From the sequence record SRR31156797_5029: a stretch of DNA of 64,000 nucleotides; one strand, 5' to 3'. A model generated the notes under the pieces. The model was not told the origin of the DNA, ran no database searches, and saw only the letters and a program-made list of their open reading frames with translations. Made by a program: the position numbers and the translations under genes. Every line of letters starts with the position of its first letter. The stretch's first letter is position 1. Of this stretch, positions 37,401 to 47,053 are shown in pieces.

Positions 37401-39674
37401 TGGAAGCGGAATTGTGGAAACTTTCTCTTTATTTGTTTGGTTCTCCAGCTTATCTATTCTGCTGAGTAGCGCCTGCCTGATGCCAATTTTGAGCTCTTTA
37501 AAATTTGTTGATGCACTCAACAATAGTACAGTGCCAATGTCCTTGCAGAGCTTGTTTGTTTCTTCAACAAAAGTTTGTTCATCGCCTTTTTGGATGTCAG
37601 GTAAGCCGATGAGGATCAGGTCGGAGTTCACAGATTCTACCTGCACGATATCATAAAAAGATCGTTGCTCAATCTGGTTATTGATGATCTTGATTTCTGC
37701 GTTTATGCGCATATTTTCAAGAATCGCACTGGTATTCCGATGGATGATTTCACGCTGTTCGTTCACAGGATTTACGATCAGGATGCGGGCTTTTGTGTTA
37801 CGCCATTCGTCGGAAAGCCATAAAAATTTGAGCAGTACCAGAGCCAGGTTTCCGTTGTGCTCCGTGGTTCGCCACCAAATATCCACCTGGCTGTATTTGC
37901 CAAATCCTGCTGTTTTGTCATAATCCATCAGCAGGATGTTCATGTCGAGATCTTTCAGGGAATTCACGGTTTTCAGGAAACTCTCCGGGTTTTCGCTGTG
38001 GCGGCCCCAGCCCATCATCACGGTGTTGGGCTCGATCCCTGAAAAACCATATGTTCCGGCTATGTTGCGAATTCCTTCATAAATATCCGAACAATAATGC
38101 TTACGCGAAAAAATGCCTTTATTGACCAACTCTGACGACTCCTGCTCAATTTGTTTTGGCCGAGGAATTACCTCATCATCGTTTTTAGTTTGTACCAGGT
38201 CGAAGTTTGATAAAAACCCCTTTCTTCCAACAAGGTGTATCCCGAATTCGATCAGGTGAGGACGTGCCTGTGTGCCGCCGCTGAACAAAATAATATTGGG
38301 CTGCCAGTTTCTTTCTTCAAGGCCCTTTCGGGCGATCCGGCTCAACGATGATCTCACAATCGACGACCATACACTTTGCCATACATCTCCAAAATCAACC
38401 TGTAACTCTTTTTTGGTGAGGAAAAAATAAATGCCAAACATGATTAAAATCGCCATGATCATGGCTACGGTGTCGAGCTTAAACATCACTGCAAAACTTG
38501 CGATAAAGCCAACAATACCAATCCACTTGGGGATTTTAAAACTAGGCCTGAAATCGGTTGATGCCCAGTTTTCCAGGGCATAGGCCAGGTTGATGAACCC
38601 GTAGGCCGCAATGTAAAACATAGATACAACACGGGCAATCACATCCAACTCACCAATGAGGATTCCAGCTTCTGCGATCAGGAAGGTGAGTAAAAGAGCG
38701 TTTCTGGGCTCGTTGCTTTCACCGTAGCCTTTACCGAAAAACCGCGGAAAAATCCTGTCACGGGCAATGGCCTGCAAAATGCGTGGTGCTCCGAGTATTC
38801 CGCCCAGGGCAGAAGAAAGTGTTGCTCCCCAGATTCCGGCAACTACAAGTGGGGCCCACATGGCCACCTTCATGAGAAAGTTGTAATCAGTTAAAAGTAT
38901 ATCACGATTGGCATAATAAGCAATGGCAATGGCCAGGCCAACATAAGTTACTAGGCCAACACCTATGGCCCACAGGGTTCCTTTTGGGATGGCTTTTTTT
39001 GGGTCAGACAAATCACCTGACATGGCAACTCCCGCTGTAAAACCGGTTACAGCCGGGAAAAATATGGCAAACACTGTTTCGAATGGAAGACTATCTCTAA
39101 CTGGTTGCATCAGTACAGTTTGGCTTGAAGCATCTCCGAAAGTTATAAATCCGATCATTATGGATACCAGAGAAAGTGCTATGGCCCCAAGGATAACATA
39201 TTGAGATTTTATGGCCAAAGAAGTACTGATAAATGCCAGCAAAACCAGGAATAGAATGGCTGCAGTACCTACTATCCGAATATCGGCAGCTTCAGTTCCA
39301 AGGCCAAGAAATGTTCTGATGGCCTCTATCCCCAGGAAGTTTTCGGCAAAACCGACCAGGTAAAGGGCGATGCTTAGTGATGTTCCGACAAAAATCGTGA
39401 TACCAATCGCCCCGCCCATGGGCAGGCCGAGGCTGCGACTGAGGATATAATAAATGCCGCCAACCTTGATCTTTTTATCCGTGGCAATGGAAGAGATGCT
39501 TAGCCCGGTGGTGATTGAGATTACATGAGCAATCAGGATAATGGCAATTGCGCCGATAAGCCCCGACTGGCCAACAACCCAACCCAATCGAAGGTACATG
39601 ATCACACCAAGTATGGTTAAAATTGATGGTGTAAAAACCCCCGCAAATGCACCAAACTTTTTAGCTTTTGGCAT
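34473..39674 (-). CDS. Cation-chloride cotransporter (SLC12-like) fused to a long helical region and a P-loop NTPase
   Basis: GVFTPSILTILGVIMYLRLGWVVG, FAIFFPAVTG, RNWQPNI (CCC motifs). C-terminal FWVGRKKEL, GEANSGKS Walker A and LIIDD Walker B. Confidence 0.85.
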   Translation of the reverse strand: MPKAKKFGAFAGVFTPSILTILGVIMYLRLGWVVGQSGLIGAIAIILIAHVISITTGLSISSIATDKKIKVGGIYYILSRSLGLPMGGAIGITIFVGTSLSIALYLVGFAENFLGIEAIRTFLGLGTEAADIRIVGTAAILFLVLLAFISTSLAIKSQYVILGAIALSLVSIMIGFITFGDASSQTVLMQPVRDSLPFETVFAIFFPAVTGFTAGVAMSGDLSDPKKAIPKGTLWAIGVGLVTYVGLAIAIAYYANRDILLTDYNFLMKVAMWAPLVVAGIWGATLSSALGGILGAPRILQAIARDRIFPRFFGKGYGESNEPRNALLLTFLIAEAGILIGELDVIARVVSMFYIAAYGFINLAYALENWASTDFRPSFKIPKWIGIVGFIASFAVMFKLDTVAMIMAILIMFGIYFFLTKKELQVDFGDVWQSVWSSIVRSSLSRIARKGLEERNWQPNIILFSGGTQARPHLIEFGIHLVGRKGFLSNFDLVQTKNDDEVIPRPKQIEQESSELVNKGIFSRKHYCSDIYEGIRNIAGTYGFSGIEPNTVMMGWGRHSENPESFLKTVNSLKDLDMNILLMDYDKTAGFGKYSQVDIWWRTTEHNGNLALVLLKFLWLSDEWRNTKARILIVNPVNEQREIIHRNTSAILENMRINAEIKIINNQIEQRSFYDIVQVESVNSDLILIGLPDIQKGDEQTFVEETNKLCKDIGTVLLLSASTNFKELKIGIRQALLSRIDKLENQTNKEKVSTIPLPQIKYPERDELAKQVRLLYGDLMEVNKYLKNQYLTKLTGFHTNMIDLVEEAVSINLQNILDRVPELKANQQHKAIVKFESNLLFRFRKIIADYDREIFEIQQSRLGESVEYLFREIDKIIRNSPAKVKVILPDSDLDFSRASTVSERSFIFRKRLLKFLGKSENANYTVRYKRLIQRYLYISSTRLVYELLEKWGVSTLKFAVKGRSMFYKIASILFELEKKSADGITPDMIEERRKAISLEVDNIRKLNQESGAILTEFSLSKVNEIIRDFSTELGRLNANEAFDENSYDTHSVRKIRNVIQVIPDTWRKNQQLLINALTLELGLLSLTTKLRSILGDVADETNLIFEQKFIAQEVEMRDKLTKFSKQLKGGAQHKFNPEHFSELEQRESFQAFFNQLIEKTFRKLRLATSVLPQSIELLDDESLNNFSSKQYKNVNTVNISVAELMDYLLQSEFVEPLQKSVSEIPQKLEKINSAINEIIRNLTFGIEKETEESTSGTPDPTNVIELVDNHIKLFNKEIDRTAEVKLQIVNLFNERHNTFEDKLAFHSFVNNAINLKQYIRDIESRKRWYYLQNMQRSSRNFIQHQLNQFWYRQSIGVMFTQRLRKESTPGEFRVNDAINLTEKLSVSPETARKIPYYYSRLFYRKQYYLNEFWVGRKKELAEGEKAIQRYRSGLFGGILVIGEANSGKSFFSQYFINKYYENATVYNLPAPFGGSTDPKIFKQALESTCEVEGSYYRIFNTIPENSVLIIDDLSLWWEKSDEGFAVVDQINELINKYSKKCLFVVNINKYSFELINRIADIEAYFINIIELEPFNSEDLQRIVLTRHQSSGLKLKLSGNIREYLRPWDLARLFARYFSYSRGNPGVVLASWLANIEDIEKNMITINSPRIPDMSILDHLKPDWYLLIVQLILHKRANLKKLSRICLGSIQEMKSKIEILKRSRVIVENQPGIYEINGFLYPHLQAKLIEKEML

Positions 39675-39890
39675 ATACAGTCTGCTTGTTATTTTTTGTA
39701 AAAATAAGTATAATTCTAAATCTTAAGATAAACTGGTGTTTAACCAGTGATGCAAAGCAAATAAACAGCCTGAAACCATGAAAATTTTTAAGCGCGCTTC
39801 AGGGTTCAGCGGAATTAAAAATTCTTAACATTCTTACGCATGCTTTTTCACATTAGGTATTCTTATTATTTTTGGGAAAAACGACAACAC

Positions 39891-40421
39891 ATGCAAAAGG
39901 TAAAACACATACCGCAATATTCCTATGAAGACTACAAGTTGTGGAAAGGCGACTGGGAACTTATTGGTGGTGTGCCATTTGCCATGAGTCCATCTGCCAA
40001 GGCTGAACATCAGTATTTTCAAGGTGAAATTTTATTTCAGGTAAAAGGTTACTTAAAAAAATCGAAGTGTAAAGGTTTATGCAATTGTTACACCGATTTA
40101 GATTGGGTCGTTGACGATCAAACGGTTCTCAGGCCTGAAATTTCCTTTGTAAGTGGAGAAAAGGTATCAGGATTTATCAGGCAAGCTCCGGTGTTGATTG
40201 TTGAAATATTATCTGAATCAACGGCCTACAACGACCGGATTGTTAAGAACGATATTTATGAAGCCCAAGGCGTAAAATATTACCTGATAGCCGATCCGGG
40301 TAAGAAAATCATGGATGTTTTTGCGTTAAATGATGGTAAATATCAATCTAAGGAAATGGCAAAGTTTAAAATTACTGAAAACTGTGATTTATCTTTAGCG
40401 TTTTCTGAGATATGGGAATAA
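39891..40421 (+). CDS. Uma2-family endonuclease-fold protein
   Basis: WELIGG..AMSPS...HQ, LIVEILS.ST..ND...K...Y...GVKYYLIADP. Probable ATG at 39891. Confidence 0.88.
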   Translation: MQKVKHIPQYSYEDYKLWKGDWELIGGVPFAMSPSAKAEHQYFQGEILFQVKGYLKKSKCKGLCNCYTDLDWVVDDQTVLRPEISFVSGEKVSGFIRQAPVLIVEILSESTAYNDRIVKNDIYEAQGVKYYLIADPGKKIMDVFALNDGKYQSKEMAKFKITENCDLSLAFSEIWE

Positions 40422-40459
40422 TTTTTGTAAGCAAAACGTTGATTAAATTGAACAACACC

Positions 40460-41158
40460 ATGAAACATATAAACCTGATACTTATTTTTCTGATCACAGC
40501 AGCTTTTGGTTTTTCTCAATCCATTATGAATGATACGCTGCCCGAGCCGATGGCTGAAGATACCCTTAGCAGGTTTTCTGATGCGGGATATCCCGGTATG
40601 GTGCCATTGGCAAGCCCGGAAAAAAGAATATCTGTTCGTATGGAGATGGGTACTTCAATTGGAGTTGGAAGCAATACCGGAGGCATGTATGGTATTTATG
40701 CTTCTCCTCACATTAGTTATAAGGTTTCACCAAGATTTAGGGTAAATTTTGGTGCCAGGATTGAGAATTCAAATTTCTTGAATTATTACAGTCCGTTTAA
40801 TCCTTATTTTCCGGAGTACACCCAAACCTTTGAAAGCAATATCACCAGAACACTTGTTTATGCTGAGGGCCAGTATCTTGTAAATCCAAGACTCATGGTG
40901 AATGCAAGCTTATACAAAGAGGTGGCCACTTTTGGAGAACCACAGGTTAACCCCCGGGCACTCAACATGGATGCCGAAGGCGTTGCTGTTGGGTTTCAAT
41001 ACAAAATAAATGATAACATGCACATTGGTGCTGAGTTCAGCTATGGCAAAGGCCGAAATCCATACAATCCTTTCTATCCCTCAAATATTGGTAATTCGTC
41101 GTTTTCCTCGCCTTATGGCATCAATAGGAATGACATTTTTAATCGCGGTGGCTGGTAG
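40460..41158 (+). CDS. Hypothetical exported protein, beta-barrel-like
   Basis: Signal peptide MKHINLILIFLITAAFGFSQ and alternating beta-strand pattern. Confidence 0.7.
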   Translation: MKHINLILIFLITAAFGFSQSIMNDTLPEPMAEDTLSRFSDAGYPGMVPLASPEKRISVRMEMGTSIGVGSNTGGMYGIYASPHISYKVSPRFRVNFGARIENSNFLNYYSPFNPYFPEYTQTFESNITRTLVYAEGQYLVNPRLMVNASLYKEVATFGEPQVNPRALNMDAEGVAVGFQYKINDNMHIGAEFSYGKGRNPYNPFYPSNIGNSSFSSPYGINRNDIFNRGGW

Positions 41159-41180
41159 ATTTTGTTAATTAAAAAATGAA

Positions 41181-41948
41181 ATGGTTGTAATTCTTTCTCC
41201 CTCGAAAACCCTCAATTTCGATATTTCTTCCCCCACTCATCAGTTTTCGCAGCCTGAATTCCTTGAAGATGCTGATGTGATTATTGAAAAATTGCATCAG
41301 TATTCTCCAGCGGGATTACAAAAGCTTATGAAGATTAATCCGCAACTTGCTGAACTGAATGCCAACCGTTTTATGAACTGGAAACCGGGTTTTAATCCTG
41401 GAATATCAAAACCGGCAATTTTGCAATTTAAGGGTGAGGTTTACAATGGATTAAAGGCTGAAACATTGTCGGCGGACGATCTGGAATATGCACAGGACCA
41501 CCTTCGGATTTTGTCAGGAATGTATGGCATTCTGCGCCCGCTTGATTTGATACAGCCTTACCGCCTGGAAATAGGAACACCACTCAAGGTGAAAAGAAAA
41601 AAGGATTTGTATCATTTCTGGGGATCCAAACCAACCGGTCATCTGAAAAACTTAATGGGAAAAACAAATCAGACATATATCATCAACCTGGCCTCGGATG
41701 AGTATTTCAAAGCACTGGATACTAAAAAGCTCAATGCTGAAATTATAAAACCTGTTTTTAAAGATTTTAAAAACGGCAGCTATAAATTCATTACGGTATA
41801 CGGCAAAAAGGCACGTGGCATGATCACACGTTTTTTGATCAAAAACCGGATTGAAAAAGTGGATGAACTCAAGCTTTTTGATGAAGACGGCTACTTTTAT
41901 AACGATCAGCTAAGCCGAGGAAACGAATGGGTTTTTACCAGGGGCTGA
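41181..41948 (+). CDS. yaaA: Peroxide stress protein YaaA
   Basis: ILSPSKTL, F.GEVY.GL, ILSGMYGILRPLDLIQPYRLE, INLASDEY, KKARG. Confidence 0.95.
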   Translation: MVVILSPSKTLNFDISSPTHQFSQPEFLEDADVIIEKLHQYSPAGLQKLMKINPQLAELNANRFMNWKPGFNPGISKPAILQFKGEVYNGLKAETLSADDLEYAQDHLRILSGMYGILRPLDLIQPYRLEIGTPLKVKRKKDLYHFWGSKPTGHLKNLMGKTNQTYIINLASDEYFKALDTKKLNAEIIKPVFKDFKNGSYKFITVYGKKARGMITRFLIKNRIEKVDELKLFDEDGYFYNDQLSRGNEWVFTRG

Positions 41949-42048
41949 TTTTTACAGTCCATCAAAAAGATTCTATCCTCACCCCCCTTTGAAATAATTA
42001 TCCGCTTTACAGGATTTTGTATTTTTACGCTTGAAAGCGTACCCTGGC

Positions 42049-44178
42049 ATGCAAAATTGGAATCCATACCCGTTTTTCAGATTGATTATTCCTTTTGTTA
42101 CTGGAATTTTAATCGCCATATTTTTTGATTTTCCTGTTGAACCTTCCAGAATTGCTTTAATCGTTTTTCTCGTTCTGTTGTTTCTTCCCGTTCTGGCCTT
42201 GTTTCAGCATGGAACATGGCGCAATCAATGGCTTTCGGGATTCTTTATTTTTCTGTTTCTTGCAATGGCCGGTTTTGCGCTTGTAATTTTTAAATCGCCT
42301 AAATATGATTCAGATAATATAGCCCGTATTGGCAATAATGCAAATCAATTCCTTGTCAGGATAACCGAACCGCTTACCGAAAAAACCAACAGCTATAAAA
42401 GTGTGGGTGAAATGGTCGGTGCTTTTGATTCAGTAAATTTTATTGATGTTTCAGGAAATGTGCTTTTGTATTTTGAAAAGGACACCTCAGCTCATCAAAT
42501 CAAATATGGCGATTTCCTACTGCTGAATACCCAAATTACTGAGGTTAAACCTCCCGGAAATCCACATCAGTTCAACTATAAAAAGTTTTTAGCCCATAGC
42601 GGAATTTATCATCAATCATACCTGAAATCAGAGAACTGGGAAAGAACCGGAAAGTACAAGGTAAATCCGGTTTTTCAGTTTGCTTACGAAGCCAGGTTTA
42701 AATTGTTAAAAGTGCTTGAAAACAACGGTTTAAAAGGCGATGAGTTTGCTGTTGTTTCCGCAATCCTTTTGGGGTACGACGATTTCATGGATCGCGACCT
42801 GCGAAAGAAGTATGCCGGCGCCGGCGCATTGCATGTGTTGTGTGTTTCGGGTTTGCATGTGGGAATAATTTTCCTGTTGTTGAGTTTCATACTGAAACCA
42901 CTGGAAAGGAGAAAGGTGCTTCGGTACCTCAAAGTCGTGCTCATTTTGATCAGCATTTGGGTTTATGCATTTATAACCGGGCTTTCTCCGTCGGTGATGC
43001 GTGCGGGAGTGATGTTTAGCTTATTTGCTGTCCGGGAGGCATCCAGAGAAAAGTCAAACCCGTATAACATCCTTGCAGCCTCTGCATTTATTTTACTCCT
43101 CATCGATCCCTTCATGATCACGAAAATTGGATTTCAATTGTCGTATTCTGCCGTGCTGGCCATTGTTGCATTATTTAATCCCATCTATGGGCTCTTACCG
43201 GTCAAGAACAAAATACTCGATTATTTCTGGAAACTGACCGTGGTTTCACTGGCTGCTCAAATTGGCACATTTCCTTTTGCTATTTATTATTTCCATCAGT
43301 TTCCGGTTTACTTTTTTCTAACAAATATAATAGTCATACCGCTGGTCTGGCTCATACTCAATACCGGCATACTTGTACTATTAGTTTCGTTGTTTTCAGG
43401 CCTGGTTTCTTCAATATTGGGGTTGGCGTTATCTATCATGTTGTTGGTTTTAAATACATCGGTTGGTTTTATCAATGCCCTTCCCGGGGCCACGATCACC
43501 GGATTGGTAATCAGCTTTACGGAGGTTGTATTATTTTATGTGATTGTTATTTTATTGAACAGGTCCTTAATTTCACGAAGTACTGTTCAGTTGATAATTG
43601 CAGCCGGCTTATTCATATTTTTAAGCGTGGGGTTTTTAACTCGAAAAATTCAAATAAGCCACCAGAATGAAATGGTAGTTTATCAAACAAATGGCCAAAC
43701 CGGGATTGATTTTATTCATAGCCATAAAGCTTTATTTGTAGTGGACTCGTCTCTGATGAAGGATGCTCAGAGCATAGCGTTTAATATTTCAGGAAATCGG
43801 ATTTACAAAGGTGTTTGCGATGTTCACAACGTTGAAATTGATGAAATAGACGATAGCACCGGAAATTTCCCTGCTGTGCCGGTCAGATATTACAAACCGT
43901 GCTTTTACAGTTTCCGGGATAAAAGGGTTGCGCTCATCGGGCAAGATCATCAAAAGTTTAAGCCTGAAAAACCCTTAAATCTTGATGTGTTGATTTTAAG
44001 GGAAAATCCCCGTTATTCGATAAGCGAGTTACAGAGACAGTTCAATTTCAATACGGTTATTTTTGATCCATCTGTAAATTATTGGCGGCTCAAAGAGTGG
44101 CGGGAATATTGTGACAGCACAGGGCAAAATTATCACGATGTCGGCGCATCGGGAGCTTTTCGGCTGGTTTCCGAGTGA
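42049..44178 (+). CDS. comEC: ComEC/Rec2-family competence membrane protein
   Basis: PGNPHQFNY, AGALHVLCVSGLHVG, TGLSPSVMRA, IGFQLSY. Confidence 0.92.
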   Translation: MQNWNPYPFFRLIIPFVTGILIAIFFDFPVEPSRIALIVFLVLLFLPVLALFQHGTWRNQWLSGFFIFLFLAMAGFALVIFKSPKYDSDNIARIGNNANQFLVRITEPLTEKTNSYKSVGEMVGAFDSVNFIDVSGNVLLYFEKDTSAHQIKYGDFLLLNTQITEVKPPGNPHQFNYKKFLAHSGIYHQSYLKSENWERTGKYKVNPVFQFAYEARFKLLKVLENNGLKGDEFAVVSAILLGYDDFMDRDLRKKYAGAGALHVLCVSGLHVGIIFLLLSFILKPLERRKVLRYLKVVLILISIWVYAFITGLSPSVMRAGVMFSLFAVREASREKSNPYNILAASAFILLLIDPFMITKIGFQLSYSAVLAIVALFNPIYGLLPVKNKILDYFWKLTVVSLAAQIGTFPFAIYYFHQFPVYFFLTNIIVIPLVWLILNTGILVLLVSLFSGLVSSILGLALSIMLLVLNTSVGFINALPGATITGLVISFTEVVLFYVIVILLNRSLISRSTVQLIIAAGLFIFLSVGFLTRKIQISHQNEMVVYQTNGQTGIDFIHSHKALFVVDSSLMKDAQSIAFNISGNRIYKGVCDVHNVEIDEIDDSTGNFPAVPVRYYKPCFYSFRDKRVALIGQDHQKFKPEKPLNLDVLILRENPRYSISELQRQFNFNTVIFDPSVNYWRLKEWREYCDSTGQNYHDVGASGAFRLVSE

Positions 44179-46097
44179 CTTTGGTAGAATTTTACACTGA
44201 TACCATCCATGAAGAAGTTGCTTTTACCCTGATTCCAGATATAAATATTCAGCACATCATCCGGTGATTTGATTTCCTCAACATAGTGCGACAGGAAACA
44301 TGCCTTCCATTTTCCGGGAATGGAAAAATTCTGGATTTGTGAAGGCTGCCACAGGTATTCTACACCATCATGTTTCAGGGTTAACACAATCACAGCATTT
44401 TCGATTTCTTTTTCTGAAAACACATCAATTTTGAATTCAACTTTAATGAATTCTCCATCAAGAATATTTCCGACTCGCGTTCTGAAACCCGGGGCATATT
44501 CTGTTAAACTGTCGAGCCTGTAGCTGTATGGTTCCGATAAAGCATGTGTGCTGTCCAGATTATACCTCATGGTTTTTAAAGCCTGCGCATCGTCAAATGA
44601 ATGATTTACTTCAAAATCTGGTTTAATACCTTGCAGGCATGAATCTGTATTAATGGATGAAAAAAGTGTAACCCTCGACAGATCAGCAAATGTTTCCCGG
44701 CCGGCAATGCAGGGATATTTATCATGGAGCATCAACTCAATTTCCATGGGTGCCGGTTTCGTCCAGCCATAAACAAAATAGGGCGTTTGCACCGAATCCA
44801 GCATCTGTGAAAATGCTTTCAGGTCTTCTTCGCCACGGTTATCATATTGCAGAAATCCTATGCCCGGTTCAAGTTCATCCAGATAATAGTGAATGTAAAA
44901 AGGCCCGTTTACAACAATTGAATTGGTAACATTTTGTTTGCCATATTGCTGGTTCCATGCGGCAAACTTTTCGGCAATGCCTTTAAATTCTCCAAAATGC
45001 TGTTTTTCGTAAAACCTGTAAAAAACAGAAGTTTGTATGGAGCCAATCAAAAGGAAAAGCAAAACCAGAAACAACTGAGGCATTTTATCAAACTTCAACG
45101 GAGCAGAAAAGGCGAATAAAAGCAGGAACGGGAACGAAAACAGCAGGATTGAATATTGTAAAATAGGGTTCCGCATGATGGAATAAAAATATCCAGTCAG
45201 GAATAGCACAACAAACCAGGAGAGGGCAAGTATTTGAAAACGGGTTGGTTTGGTTAACAATTTATATACCGAAAACAGGAAAGGTATTCCCAGTAGCAGT
45301 GCCAAAATATAACTTTTGTTTACAGCCTGCCAGAGGTATTCAAGAATCCAGTCGGGGTCAGGTTTTCCCAGCCAGCCTTCTTCACCGCCAACTCCACCGA
45401 TGTTAAACTGGTGCAGGAAAATCCCGATATGTGGTGAATAGATCAATCCGGCCGCCAAAGCTGCCAGTATATAATTTCGGATATCTGACTTTCGGATGAA
45501 GACGAAACCTGATAATCCTACCAGGAGCACGAATAAAAAACTGTAATTGTGTGTATATGCTGTTAGTGCCGCAAAGAGCGCAAATCCCGCATAATCAAAA
45601 AAGGCCTTTTCTTTATCAAAAACGATTTTTGTCCAGTACCATACCGTGATCAGCGAAAATAATAGTCCGGGAGCGTAAGGCCGTGCAAGTTGGCTGTAAA
45701 GAATGGGGTATTGCAGAAAAGCCATTGAGGCTGCGGCGAACAGTGCTGTTGTCGGGGTAAACCACCTTTTTCCAATACGCCAGGTAAACCACACCGACAG
45801 AATTCCAAAAACCACAAAAGGCAGACGAACCACCCAAATGCTGTTTCCGAATAAATGGGTCCATAACCATAAAAATGCCTGTACGCCAGCAGGATGGAAA
45901 TCGTTTAACTTTACTCCATGTTCAATCATTTCCAGAAAAGTATCGAACTGAAGCCTGTTTAGTGCGCTCAACTCATCATTGCTCAACGACCACCCCGCAA
46001 AATTGTAGAAGCGCATGGCTATGGCCACGATCATAATTAATACAACCGAAAGTTGCTGGAAAACCGGATTATCAGCTGATTGATTATATTTTTTCAT
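44133..46097 (-). CDS. GT-C fold membrane glycosyltransferase (family 39/ArnT-like)
   Basis: SLSNDE, DFHP, RLPF, YSQLARPY, many TM helices, soluble C-terminal domain. Confidence 0.8.
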   Translation of the reverse strand: MKKYNQSADNPVFQQLSVVLIMIVAIAMRFYNFAGWSLSNDELSALNRLQFDTFLEMIEHGVKLNDFHPAGVQAFLWLWTHLFGNSIWVVRLPFVVFGILSVWFTWRIGKRWFTPTTALFAAASMAFLQYPILYSQLARPYAPGLLFSLITVWYWTKIVFDKEKAFFDYAGFALFAALTAYTHNYSFLFVLLVGLSGFVFIRKSDIRNYILAALAAGLIYSPHIGIFLHQFNIGGVGGEEGWLGKPDPDWILEYLWQAVNKSYILALLLGIPFLFSVYKLLTKPTRFQILALSWFVVLFLTGYFYSIMRNPILQYSILLFSFPFLLLFAFSAPLKFDKMPQLFLVLLFLLIGSIQTSVFYRFYEKQHFGEFKGIAEKFAAWNQQYGKQNVTNSIVVNGPFYIHYYLDELEPGIGFLQYDNRGEEDLKAFSQMLDSVQTPYFVYGWTKPAPMEIELMLHDKYPCIAGRETFADLSRVTLFSSINTDSCLQGIKPDFEVNHSFDDAQALKTMRYNLDSTHALSEPYSYRLDSLTEYAPGFRTRVGNILDGEFIKVEFKIDVFSEKEIENAVIVLTLKHDGVEYLWQPSQIQNFSIPGKWKACFLSHYVEEIKSPDDVLNIYIWNQGKSNFFMDGISVKFYQSHSETSRKAPDAPTS

Positions 46098-46215
46098 CTG
46101 CCCTGTTGGAGTACATAAAACCGGGTATAACAAAGCGCAAAAGTAACAAAGAAATCAAGCCTCTCATCCTCATTTTGTTCCTGAAAAAACCGAAAACAAC
46201 GATTAGTTGATTTTT

Positions 46216-46232
46216 TTGTGAACATTTCGTGA
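46216..46232 (+). promoter_or_regulatory. Putative OmpR-type tandem binding box upstream of the response regulator
   Basis: TTGTGAACATTTCGTGA, GTGA repeated at an 11-bp period. Twin at 48630. Confidence 0.55.
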
Positions 46233-46302
46233 TATTTTCACCTTTATTTTGCAAGCTATTGAGAATAAATATTTTAATTGTTGACCAAACCAAGTTATCG
46301 AA

Positions 46303-47004
46303 ATGAAGAAAGTACTATTGGTCGAAGACGACCTTCACATTACCGAACTGGTTACCATCCATCTCGAAGACCTGGATTGCAAAGTAACCACAGAAGCCAC
46401 AGGTACCGGTGGTATCAACCGGGCGCTTAACGAACAATTCGATTTGATCATTCTGGATATTATGCTGCCCGGTATGGATGGCATCGAAATATTGAGGCAG
46501 TTGCGTGCAGAAAAAAAATCAACACCGGTGCTGATGCTAACGGCAAAATCAGAAGAAATTGATAAGGTGCTTGGTCTGGAAACGGGTGCTGATGATTACA
46601 TGACGAAACCATTCAGCGTTCGCGAATTTATCGCTCGTGTGAAGGCCATTTTCAGGAGGGCGAAACTGAACGAGGGTCCTGATGAAGAAAAAGATTCAGA
46701 AATACTTCAGTTTGATAATCTTTCCATCGATCTGCAAAAGCGGAAAGTAAACCTGGATAGCACAAAAATAGAACTTACACCCAAGGAGTATGAAATGCTT
46801 CTGCTGATGGCGCAAAAGCCAGGAAGGATTTTCAGTAGAAATGATTTGTTGAACCAGGTGTGGGGGTACAATTATGAGGGATATGAGCATACGGTGAATT
46901 CTCATATCAATCGCCTGCGAAACAAAATCGAAAAAGATCCCAATGAGCCAAAATTTATTTTAACCAGCTGGGGAGTGGGTTATAAGTTTAACGATGAAAT
47001 TTAA
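46303..47004 (+). CDS. OmpR/PhoB-family response regulator
   Basis: LLVEDD, LDIMLPGMDG, GADDYMTKPF, winged helix TVNSHINRLRNKIE...WGVGYKF. Confidence 0.95.
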   Translation: MKKVLLVEDDLHITELVTIHLEDLDCKVTTEATGTGGINRALNEQFDLIILDIMLPGMDGIEILRQLRAEKKSTPVLMLTAKSEEIDKVLGLETGADDYMTKPFSVREFIARVKAIFRRAKLNEGPDEEKDSEILQFDNLSIDLQKRKVNLDSTKIELTPKEYEMLLLMAQKPGRIFSRNDLLNQVWGYNYEGYEHTVNSHINRLRNKIEKDPNEPKFILTSWGVGYKFNDEI

Positions 47005-47053
47005 TGGAATTTGTGATCATAAAAAAAGCAATAACAAATAACAGATACTAAAA

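Noticed and set aside
44133-44178. 46-bp convergent overlap of comEC and the glycosyltransferase gene
   Set aside because: Short 3' overlaps are common and both ORFs look intact.
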